Origin: Eledone cirrhosa | Lineage: Eukaryota | DNA length: 64,000 nucleotides | Direction of reading: 5' to 3' | Assembly (NCBI GenBank): GCA_964016885.1 | Contig: OZ024742.1 | Coordinates: forward strand, 281,170,001-281,234,000 | In this document: positions 52,790 to 64,000 of the stretch, piece by piece | Position numbering within the stretch: the stretch's first letter is position 1 | Layout of the letters: each line of letters opens with the position of its first letter | The notes under the pieces: model-generated | The model's input: only the letters and a program-made list of their open reading frames with translations | Database searches by the model: none | What the model was told of the DNA's origin: nothing | Translations under genes and position numbers: made by a program

Positions 52790-54212
52790 GATAAATGGAT
52801 AAATAGATAAATAAATGAATAGATGGGTATATCGTGCTATATAAAATTGTTTTTCATGAGTTATGAGGGATATTAGTTTTGTATTTAATGTAAGTAAATA
52901 TTAAGTTAAATTAAATTAAGTTAACTGAGTTAATAAGAATATTTATATTTATATATTTTAAAATGGGAAGATTCGGAAAAAACTCCAGTTTTGTTTATTT
53001 ATTCGTTAGTATGAGTCTATTTTGTCAAAATAAGTATAAATGTTAAAGATATATTTAGCCAGAATTAGTAAGTGTTTATAAATCTAATAAAAGATATTGA
53101 AAAAATATTAAAATTCGGGAAAATTAAAAAAAAAATAATTTATAAGAGATAAGTAATTTTTAAAAATAGATAAAAAATTAAAGAAATAAAATATAAAGAA
53201 TTAAAAATTATTAAGATTAAAATTACAATTAAAATTTAAAACATTAGAATTATATATGTATATATTTTAAGAAACTTTAAGAAGTGAAATTATAGCAAAT
53301 GTTATAGATATGATTTAGAGATATCAATATATTAAAACCAAGTGGATAAGATTGTTATGTCAATAAGTAAAAATATTATAAGTGTAATTATAATTTATTT
53401 ATAGTTATAAACGTTGAATTCCGGCGTTGTCTACAAGAACTAAATAAATTCGTCCTTATATTAATAGAGTTCTTACGTTTAAGTATGAAAAAAATGTCCT
53501 CAACACACAATTTAAAAATCTAGATAAAGCTGTGTTTCGTTATGCGGGTGCTTGCGAAACTATTTCCCAAGTTAAAGAATAGTCCATATTCTTGAATTTT
53601 AAGTTCCATATCAGGTTTGAAAGAGAAATTGAAGATTTTTTATCAAATCTTTGGAAAGAGCATTTGTGATTATTCCAACGACTTTTAAATTCTGTAGAAG
53701 TTGCACCTACATAGTCAACTATATTATCACTGGTTTTGACTGTACATTTATAGACCACGTCCTTATCTAAACACTTATTTTGTAAACGACAGTTTAATCT
53801 AATTCTACAGTTACATTTTGCGTAGTTGTTGTTATTCAAAACGGTACTATTATGTTGGATATTGCTAGAGATATTACTGCTATTTTGGTTATGATTTAAA
53901 TTTCTATTATTGATTCTATTTATCTTCTGTGCTATGTTCATAGTAGTAGAGTAATATAGTTTTATAGTATGTCTGTTAAAGATTGAGTGGTATATGTGGG
54001 CTTTAGGAAAACATTTATCTAGTGCTTTAAAGAATAGCTTTGCTAAAGGTGTTTTAACGCTTAATGAGAATGGGGGTGAGTACCAAATAATATTTCTAGT
54101 TCTATTTCTTCTGTTAGTTTTAGAGTTTAAGTTAGATTTTTTATTGTCATTATAATTAATAGTAGGCTTATTTGCCTTATCACTGTTGTCGATGTACTTA
54201 ATCTTATGGTTT
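52790..54212 (-). mobile_element. Penelope-like element 3' part (GIY-YIG), left arm of an inverted pair
   Basis: CNCRIRLNCRLQNKCLDKDVVYKC..YVGATSTEFKSRWNNH..LSNLIWNLK. Confidence 0.88.
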
Positions 54213-54231
54213 TAATCTTGTGGTTTATATC

Positions 54232-56815
54232 GTGATGATATGCTGCTTTTAAATGAAATCATAGTAATTGTGAAATTAATAGAAAAAGAAAATCCATAAT
54301 ACAATTCTTTAATAGCTACAACCTTAAGTTAGAAATAGAGAATAACTATAAAATTGTTAACTTTTCAGACGTAACATTAAACCTTAACACAGGGCTCTAC
54401 TATCCATTCCATAAACTTAATGAGAATCTAAACTATGTATGCTTTAACTCTAATCATCCTAGATCTATCAAGAATACTATTGATAATTCTATCCAACAAC
54501 GTATTTCACGCATCTCCGCTAATAAAAACATTTTTGACGATAAGGCAGACTATTATAATGAAGCTTTAAATAGAGCAGGCTATATAAATAAGATTAAATA
54601 CATCGACAACAGTGATAAGGCAAATATAATTATAATTACAATAAAAAATCTAACTTAAACTCTAAAACTAACAGAAGAAATAGTATAAGAAATATAATTT
54701 GGTATTCACCTCCTTTTTCATTAAGCGTTAAAACACCTTTAGCTAAACTATTCTTCAAAGCTCTAGATAAATGTTTTCCTAAAACCCATAGATATCACTC
54801 AATCTTTAACAGACATACAATAAAACTATCTTACTCTACTACTACGAACCTAGCAAAAAATATAAATAGAATCAATAATAGAAATCTAAACCATAACCAA
54901 AATAGCAATATCCAACATAATAATACTGTTGCGAATAACATCAACACCACAAAATGTAATTGTAGAATTAAATCAAACCGTCCTTTAAAGAATAAGTGCT
55001 TAGATAAGGATGTGGTCTATAAATGCTCAGTCAAAACCAGTGATAATATATTTAACTATGAAGGTTCAATTTCTACATACTTTAAAACTCGTATTAATAA
55101 TCACAAATGCTTGTTGCATAATATTGGTAAAACATCTTCAACTTCTCTATCAAACCTGATATGGAACTTAAAATCCCAAAATACGGACTATTCTTTAACT
55201 TGGGAAATAATTTCAAAAGCACCCGTATACACAGCTTTATCTAGATTTTGCAAATTGGGTGTTGAGGAAATGTTCTTCATACTTAAATGTAAGAACTCTA
55301 TTAATATACGTACGAATGTATTTAGTTCTTGTAAACATCGCCTAAATTCAACATTTAGAACTATATGTAAATTATAATTACACTTATAATATTTCTACTT
55401 ATTTCCATATATTGTTTGCTATATTTTCACTTCTTATAACTTAACTTATTAAAATTTCTTAGATTATATACATATAAGATCCTAAAATATTTAAATTTAA
55501 ATTTTTAATTTTAACTTTAATTTTAATATTTTTTAAGCATTTTTAATTCTTTATTTTTATTTATTTATTTTTTATTATTATTATTTTTTTATTATTATTT
55601 TATTTTTATTTTTTTTTTTTATTTTTTTTTTTTACTTCTTAAACATTCCATTTCATTATTTATTATTTTTTACTTCCAAAATATTTCACATATTTAAAAA
55701 TTACTTATTTTCTAAAAAATCTACTTATCTCGGATAAAATGTTTTTTTAATACTTTTTAAGGTTTTTTAAGAACATTTTTTAAAACTTTTTTTAAATCTT
55801 TTTAAAAAATGTTTTAAGAATTTTGAATGTTTTAAATATTTCTTAATTGCTTTAAAATATTTTTAAAGCATTTTTTAAAAATTTTTGAGATGTTTATACA
55901 TTTTTAAAATGTTTTTAAAATGTTTTTTTAAGTATTTTTAAAGTATTTTTAAATATTTTTTAATAAAAAAATTTTAATATCTTTTATTAGTTTTATAACC
56001 AAAAACTAATTCAGGCTAAATATATCTTTCAACATTTATATCTTTGACAAAATGGTCTCATACTAACTAATAAACAAACAAAATTGGTGATTTTTTCCGT
56101 ATCTTCCCAATTTATAGCACTTAAAATATATAAATATTATTATTAGCTCAGTTAACTTAATTACTTATAATAAACATAAACCAATATCCCTCATAGTTCA
56201 TTAAAACAATTATAAATAACAAGATATACACATTTATCCATTCATATATCTATTTTTCTATCTGTCTATTTTTATATCTATTATACTATCTATTTATTTA
56301 TTTTTCAACTTATTTTTAAACATATTTTATATATATTTATTTTATATATCTATTTTTTCTATCTACTTATAATAGCAAATATTATATTATATTATATTAG
56401 AAATGAATTTTAACAAATTAATATTAGTAAATATATGTACTATTAGTGGATATAAACTTTAAAATTATTTACGATATTATTCATCCTCTTATAAATTTTA
56501 TCTCTCTTTCTATCTAATAATATTAATATTATTTCTCTTTCACTCTCCCCAGCGTCATTTAAATAAACGGTTGTTTTTTTTAATTTTTTGCACATTCATT
56601 TGCATATTCATACTTAACTTTGAATATTCCCTAATATGGTTTCCACTATCCAGTGAATTTCCGACCGATGAGGTTCAATCTTCATGGGTACGTCTTTATT
56701 TATAAAACAAATTTTGTATTTTATCTGATGAAAGCGCACTAAGGTTGGGTTGAAATATATATAATAAAATAAATATGGTTTTATAAATATAGTTTCCATT
56801 TATTTAATATAATGG
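54232..56815 (+). mobile_element. Penelope-like element 3' part (thumb + GIY-YIG + pLTR), right arm
   Basis: NFSDVTLNL, NSNHP, NIIWYSPPFS, VVYKC..YEGS..FKTRINNH, CKHR; long AT-rich UTR ending in a hammerhead. Confidence 0.9.
56717..56771 (+). ncRNA. Type I hammerhead ribozyme (weak stem II) at PLE 3' end
   Basis: tattttat-CTGATGA-...-GAAA-tatata-TA-ataaaata. Confidence 0.65.
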
Positions 56816-57353
56816 TATATATTTATATATATATTAATTTCAACAACGTCATTATTCCGTGTGTCATAATTCTCGATTATCATTGGTTCATAGGTTTCAA
56901 ACGACTCCGCCCAACTCAACGACGCCATACTTAAATTAATATGCATAATGCCAATGAGGGAGTGAGAGGAGAGACAGAGGCAAAGTGAACACTATGTGTC
57001 AGTGTAGAGACATGTGTGTGTGTGATTTGTGTGGAAATAATAAGGGAAAGAAAGCAATAACTATTAACATGTGTGCGTGTGTATGTACGTGCGCGTATGT
57101 TTATGTGCGTGTGCGTGCGTGCAGCGTTCGACAGAAAGTAAAAACTATCAACAAGTGTGAGTGTGTGCGTGTGTGTAAGTTTTCGTGCGTGTGCGCGTTT
57201 CCATGCGTGTATGTGTGTGCACGTGCGGCATCCCACAATCGCCACGCAGTTTATCTGTCTGTGTGCCTGTCTGTCAGTCTAACATACACAGAGTTGTGAA
57301 GGGAGTAAATAGGGACCTGTTTTTACATTGACGGACATCTTTTATATTAATTA

Positions 57354-57712
57354 TCTATATCTATATCTACATATAATATAAAAGATTGGAACTTCCATCA
57401 TCCTTTTGAGAAACGTGGAACAACCACGTCTATGCAATGATACACGTTTTACAGTCAGGCAGAAGATGAACCATCTCCTAGAGGTCACTATTCTAGGTTG
57501 GAGCACCTAGAATTGTTCATATACTATGCACAAACGGTACAACGAAGAATCTGGTATATCTGGCAGATTATTTTTACTGTTTTCTGTATCACACTGACAC
57601 CAAGGACTCGCCTCTTACTGTAACCAGACACACATCCGATACAGTCATTTTCTCTTTTACCTGTCTTCTCTTATCATCTGTTTACCTGGGCGATGCTGGG
57701 TACGTCGGCTAG
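57354..57712 (+). mobile_element. Non-autonomous Helitron
   Basis: 5' TCtata..., 3' hairpin cctgggcgatgctggg then CTAG|T. Confidence 0.65.
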
Positions 57713-57976
57713 TATAGATTAATACGTAAAATTCGTAATCATATTGTCTGACAAATGTATATTTTGACCAAAGTGCTACAGATAGTTACTATTAGAACCT
57801 AAAGTCACATCAAATAATATAAAATATGAGATATTTCATTAGGAGCATTAACACAATAATTCAAATGTAAGAGATTGTCTAGACAAATGTAACCATATTT
57901 TGCATGTTTGCACGATTACATAGGCGCATTGACATAAGAAGGTCTAAGAGTAAAGTTGTTAGAAGATCGTTTCTTA

Positions 57977-58038
<62 letters not shown>

Positions 58039-59249
58039 ATAGTTGTATTGCCGAAGAAAAATCGGATAGCAAGTCAAAGAACTGACAGCAATGGTAAGAT
58101 TCTGATTATTTCCAAATCAGGTAGGAAATAATAAAACTAAATTAAATATTGTAAATTTCTGAGATTTCAATATTTCTATACGGGTATTTCTTGAGTAAAA
58201 GAGAGATGGTAAATAGAAGGAACCATAAGACGAAACTCTCAGTCGTCTTACAAAACAGCTGTATCATTTTGCGCGCCATACGACCAATGCTCCCCCTTTG
58301 CCAACCAGTTTGATGATGATGTCACTACGCCGTCGGTAAGAGTGGAGAGTGATTTCAACCTAATAGATGTTTCTCATTTCGAAGCATTTTCGAAAGTGAA
58401 ACCTATTCTAAGTGCACGCATGATCTCTGGAGTCAAACACTATTATTACCCAATTATTTGAGCCAAAACACTAGTGAAAAAGGTGTAACGAAAATAAACA
58501 AATGAGCTCTCTTGCCCTTTCATTGCGCATAATATATAGATATAAGCACAAATGACAGGAAAAGTGTTCACCAAATTTTAAGAATTTTGTTCAGTTCTGC
58601 ATTATCCGTGGTTACATTGAGATAAATATGTTTAACTCATTCAGATGCTTTGAAACAATTAAGAGCAAAATCAAGATGGATAGAGCCTATAAGTGATGGA
58701 ATTCAAACATGCCTAATATACAAGTGGTATGTTATTTCAATGTAACGCTTTAGCTATCTCAACCAATTATAGACGCATTGCATACTTTGCCAAATTATCA
58801 TTTAAATATACGTATATTTATATAAATAGATGTTTAAACAGTAATTTGACTTTCATATCTAAACAATTAATATTAAAAAAATGCTAAACAGTCTCATATT
58901 ATGCGCATACATTTAGATGAAAGTCTATTTATTTGATATACCCACATTTGTACAGAAAATATAACTATACATATTCGTATACCGATTTTAGTATATAATA
59001 ATGTATATCATAGTATATAGGCAATGTTTTCAAAATCGTACAAATAAAAGAAAATTCTTGTTGTCTCTAAGCAACAGCGAGAAGGAAAGAGAATGGGAGA
59101 GTGATAAACAGAGATAGTTGAAGAGAGGGTGGATGGGAGAGTGAAAATGAGAGAGAGATTTTATAAAATATTACGTTCAGAATAATAAATATGTATAATC
59201 TACAGAAATAAGATGCATATTATTATACTGGGTGCTTACAAGTGCAGTG

Positions 59250-59440
59250 CATTGGCAGTATCGGCATGCTTCACGTCATATAGTTACGCCCCTTTACATT
59301 CTGAATTCAAATCCGGTTAGTCTTTCCTTTCCTTTCCTTTCAGCATTACAATGTCGATAAAATAAAGAACCAGTAACATACTGGGGTTGATTTAATCGAC
59401 TTTCCCATCACCACAAAATTGTATTGGCCTTGTGTCTAAA
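59250..59440 (+). mobile_element. Degenerate SINE
   Basis: ttggcagtatcgg...gaattcaaatcc...gtcgataaaataaag. Confidence 0.7.
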
Positions 59441-60396
59441 TAATATTAGTTTTGATATTTCAGAGGAAAAATAAAAATGAAATAATTTCTATTACTCACA
59501 CCTATCCAATGAGAATTTCAACTTAACATATATTGAATAATATCATAATGGTGCACAGGATTGTAGTTTACTAGCCACCTCTGCTGTCAGCAAGCATAGG
59601 GTTAATGCTAATAAAATATCATATATGATGTATTTATACAGTAATTTGATATAAATATTTACACTTTTCAATAAAGCAGACGCGCAAGAACTCGTTACAA
59701 CTAAGCTTACAGATGAAACAATAAATCTATAGATATGATACACATGTAAATAGTTTTCACGTTCCTATATACAAATATATTATTTTTTGTGACTTCTAAA
59801 ACCGTCGAAGGTATTTTTGTCCTATAGTAACGAATATTTATACAATAATTTGACTTTAATATGTTGACATTTAGAATTAAAAACTGCTAAAGAGTTACAC
59901 ATTATACGCATACATTTAGATGAAAATCAAATTTATTTGATAGACTACCATATTATCAATATGGATACACTTATATTTGCATCATTATAAATTAGATATA
60001 TCACAGTATATAATTTATATATACTTTCCTTATTGTTTAGAAACATGAGTGAATTTTCAAATTTCCACATGTTTCTAAACAATAAGGAAAGAAAGAAAGA
60101 GAGAGAGGGGGGAGAAAGAGAAAAGAGAGAGAGAAAGAAAGAAGGGGCAAATGAGAGAGCGGGAAGCAGAGAAAGAAAGAGATTTCATAAAATGTTTCGG
60201 TCAGAAAATTAACTATATATACACACAGATGCACACATGTTTTGTAATATTGGATAATTACTTTTATATTTGATTTTTCTTAGCTGAAAACAAATCAAAA
60301 TATCTTCTAGTGTCCACAATCAAAGAGGATTTGATTTACACTATGGTAATGATGTACAGAAGTTAGCCTTCTGTATTGACTGTAAACACCTGGCTA

Positions 60397-60780
60397 ATAA
60401 TTGTTTTTACTTTTGGCACAAGGCCATCAATTATCCAGTGCATTACTTGTGCTTTATTTTATCGACCCCGTAAGGATAAAAGACAGTGTTAGCATCCGCG
60501 GAATTTTAAATCAGAACGCGAAATCCTGGTACCTGACGCATGCTGAAATCCTGGTGCCTGACGCTCTACTGATAGTGCCAATCCACCGCCTAATAATTAT
60601 TTCTACTTTTAGTACAAGGCCAGCAATTATTCCAGTGCATTACTGGTACTTTATTTTATTGACCCCGTAAGGATGAAAGGCAAAGTTCACCTCGGCGGGA
60701 TTTGAACTCAGAACGTAAAGCGCCATAACTGTGTGCTGCAAAGCATAATGTCTGACGCTCTACCGATACTGCCAAACCAC
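60397..60780 (-). mobile_element. Two tandem SINE copies
   Basis: Consensus on the minus strand twice. Confidence 0.85.
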
Positions 60781-61201
60781 AATACAGAAATATCATATAC
60801 GTATAATGTTTCATATAGTGGATTTTTATACAGTAATAATAATCTAAATATGCATAAATCGCTACAAACACACAAACAAGCGTTATGAATAAGCTCACAG
60901 AGGAACCTATAAATAAATACATTACAGACACATATGTACATATGTGCGAAGTAATTATGTTTTGAGGAAAAACGTGGCTGCGACTTCCAAATTTCGTTGA
61001 AGGCCTATTCTAAAATCACTACTATCGATTTCATAGAATCGTGTCTCACTTTGCAAGAAGTTGTGACCGAGAAAGTGTATCATCATTAGAAATACGAATG
61101 AAAATATAGTTTTTTGTTCCGATATGACAACTGTTTTCTTCCACTTCTTTGTTCCGCAATATGTTTCTTCCTTCCCCTTATGCTGTTACAACACATCCTT
61201 A

Positions 61202-62104
61202 TCTACTTATATATATAACCAGCAATTTCTCTGTCTGTCTGTCCGACAGTGGAAACACGTGCGTAGAGAGAGAGTGAGAGTGAAAGAAAGAGACAGACTA
61301 CGAGAGGGGGATAGCGGGAGGGAGAGAGGGAGAGAGAGAGAGTGAATAGACGCTAAAACACGTGCTACAGAAACATTACGTTCCCCTCTCCACTGACTTT
61401 GGTCACTGAGGCCGAGGGAATCGCTGGTTGCTATAGAGACACCTTGCACAAGCCAGAAGTAACCAGTTCGAGGCGGTTCTGACTTGACACCATGCGAAGA
61501 TGTTGCCATTGAATTTGTGGTTTGAAGAAGGTTGCCATTGAATTTGTGGTTGTTGCTGCTGATGAGGTAATTTATTAATCAGATTGCGCAGTTCCATAAC
61601 CTACGTTTGATTTGTTCAATTTTTTTCTTCAATTTTTTATGTTGTTTTTTTTATTTCTTATTGAAAAAATATAAATAATAAAATAAGGTTAGAAATTTAA
61701 ATACAATTAAATACGATTTAATTTCCATTTCCAGCAGCCAATGTCCAGTGTTCAATTTCATGAAAAAATTGGAAATAATTCAAAAAATTGAAGTTTAACT
61801 TTTGAACATTTGTTTTGACAATAAAAAAATATTTCCTTATTCACACCTAATGGTATGATTAACATTTCATAGGAATATTTTTTTCTAACCGCCAGTTATT
61901 TATTTTCTCCTTTTTCGTTTTAACATATATTTATTTCAAAGATTTCACCGTATAGATAACATATATATTTATACATGCATAAAAGACACACCGAGAGATG
62001 GTGACATGTGGTGCCGAAAACATTTCTCATCCAAATCTCAACAATATCAGTATATACACTAGATTTGCTAGCAGAAAACCGCCCACAGGGTGGTTTTCTG
62101 CTAG
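61202..62104 (+). mobile_element. Non-autonomous Helitron family A, copy 2
   Basis: A|TC start, terminal hairpin gcagaaaacc..ggttttctgc, CTAG|T; matches 17154-17903 plus ~190 bp extra. Confidence 0.8.
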
Positions 62105-62370
62105 TCTATATATCTAAAACAGAGAATGTCTGTCTGTCTGTCTGACTCCCTAGAACTCGAGAACCACCCAACCGATTGTTTTAAAACTTTACACATGTAA
62201 TACTAATATGGTCGTGTGTGTGTTTGAGCAAAAGAAAATTTCAAACTTTCAATGCACTAGGGACCGCATTAGTCTGTCTTTTTAGATAGATACATAGGTA
62301 TAACGTCACGCCCTTATAATATCTGTCTGTATGTCTGGCTGTCTGCATTACGACATTATGATGCTACCTG
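62105..62370 (+). mobile_element. Helitron 5' fragment
   Basis: TCtatatatctaaaacagagaatgtctgtctgtc, the same style of 5' end as the element ending at 17153. Confidence 0.55.
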
Positions 62371-62523
62371 TGTTTGTGTATATATGTATATATAGTGTGT
62401 CTATATATATAGTGTGTAACGTTTTTCGAAATATTTACTTCTGCGTTCACAGTTTGATTTTTTTTTATTTCAGAAGATCCGTTAAAGGTGAAAGCAGCGA
62501 TTCTTTGCTTAAACTTTAATCTG

Positions 62524-62670
<147 letters not shown>

Positions 62671-62689
62671 TAGATAGATATATCAGAGC

Positions 62690-64000
62690 AGACATCGATT
62701 AACAATAACACCCGGCGACTTGCTCCTTAAAGTCACAAGAGCAATCGACAAGTGCTACCACTCCAGAGTCCAACACGAAAAAAAAACGGCTCAAGCGGAA
62801 ATATGAGTGGATCTTGCTTAACCTCCACAACGAAAACACCGACACTAACAAACTGACAGACCAGAACCACGTGAAAAACAGCAACATAACAACCGCCGCC
62901 GTCACATCCACCAACACCGAGCCACATTTCAACGATGCGACGCACCTGGTCACCGACTTAACAGGCACCGTCACGAACAACGAGCTGAAACTCCTACGCC
63001 TCGGACCCAAATTCATCGTCTCACAGCGACTCGACGACAAACTCAAACTCGACATCGAAGCCAACTTCTGTCGAGCCTCCTACCAACTTAAATAGGTTAC
63101 CACCATCACCAGCGCCACGGAAAATAACACCGCCCACACAGCCCGCCCCAAGTTCCCAACTTACCACCTCGACAACCCACTTCACCCCCACCCACTAACC
63201 ACGAACTCGACACTAAACTCATTAGTTTAAAGCACTTCATCTCTGATATCCTATACAAACACACACACGCACAACACGCAACCTCACTAAATCTCAACTC
63301 ACCACTCTCTCCAACCTGAAATCGAAGAACCTCATCTACCTCCCCCACGACAAGGGAAAAGAATTCTGCGTCATCAGCACAGAGGCCTACAACACCCTGG
63401 CCCTGCAACACCTTGACGATGACAACCTCTACTCCAAAGTCACAGGAATCACTGCCGCGCATATCGAGAAGCACATCAACGCCGCCTGGACCAACATCTG
63501 TAACCGGCGGAAGCTCCCGAAGAAGCTCAGATACAACATCCTCACGAGGAATAGCAGACTACCCGCCTTCTACCACCTTGTGAAAGCACGCAAACAGGGA
63601 CCCGACCTGTCAAGGTACGTGGACGACATCCTCATCGTCACATCTTCCCAGGAGATGGCGAACGGAATTTATGAGACGTTCAACAACACGGACGAGAATA
63701 TTGATTTTAGTGTTGAACACCCCAACGACGACGGGTCCCTTGCCCTCCTCGACTTCCGAATCAACATCACGGAGCAGGGAGGGATCGACACCAACTTCTA
63801 CCGCAAGGCAGCCTGCAGGGACTTGTTCCTCCACTACAAGTCTACCCTCCCTAGCAGTGCTAAAAGAGGGTACATCACGAACGAGATCGCGCTAATTATA
63901 AACAGATGCAGCGATCCCGTGAGTGGTGTCACCCACACCAAGAGATTCTTCAAAGTGCTGGAGACAAACGGATACACAGCCTCGCTCACAAACAGAGAAA
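62690..64000 (+). mobile_element. Penelope-like element (related to 28270-30150), internally deleted, runs off the window
   Basis: LLRLGPKF, HDKGKEFCV, LPAFYHLVK, then a jump at ~63610 to RYVDDILI..GSLALLD..FYRKAAC. Confidence 0.88.

Noticed and set aside
59543-59743. Small ORF with a signal-peptide-like stretch
   Set aside because: No recognisable homology or splice context; not preserved in the duplicated copy

Overview
This is eukaryotic, AT-rich, microsatellite-laden DNA with no host gene I can support. The SINE family and repeat landscape resemble an octopod (cephalopod) genome, which is an inference. The window is mostly decayed mobile elements: two head-to-tail Tx1/L1-type LINEs, one near full-length and several partial RTE LINEs, at least three lineages of Penelope-like elements (PLEs; RT + GIY-YIG), non-autonomous Helitrons, pogo, mariner and hAT-like relics, and more than 15 copies of a tRNA-derived SINE. 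The most striking signal is non-coding. About ten near-intact and several degenerate type I hammerhead ribozymes with palindromic stem III occur in short PLE-like units. These units sit in or beside (TA)n tracts, mostly as head-to-head foldbacks with 3' ends facing outward. One unit (44046-45083) is circularly permuted, as expected of a retrozyme-like circular or tandem RNA, and carries a U3-A8 core variant. Coordinates were read by eye and may be off by a few bases.
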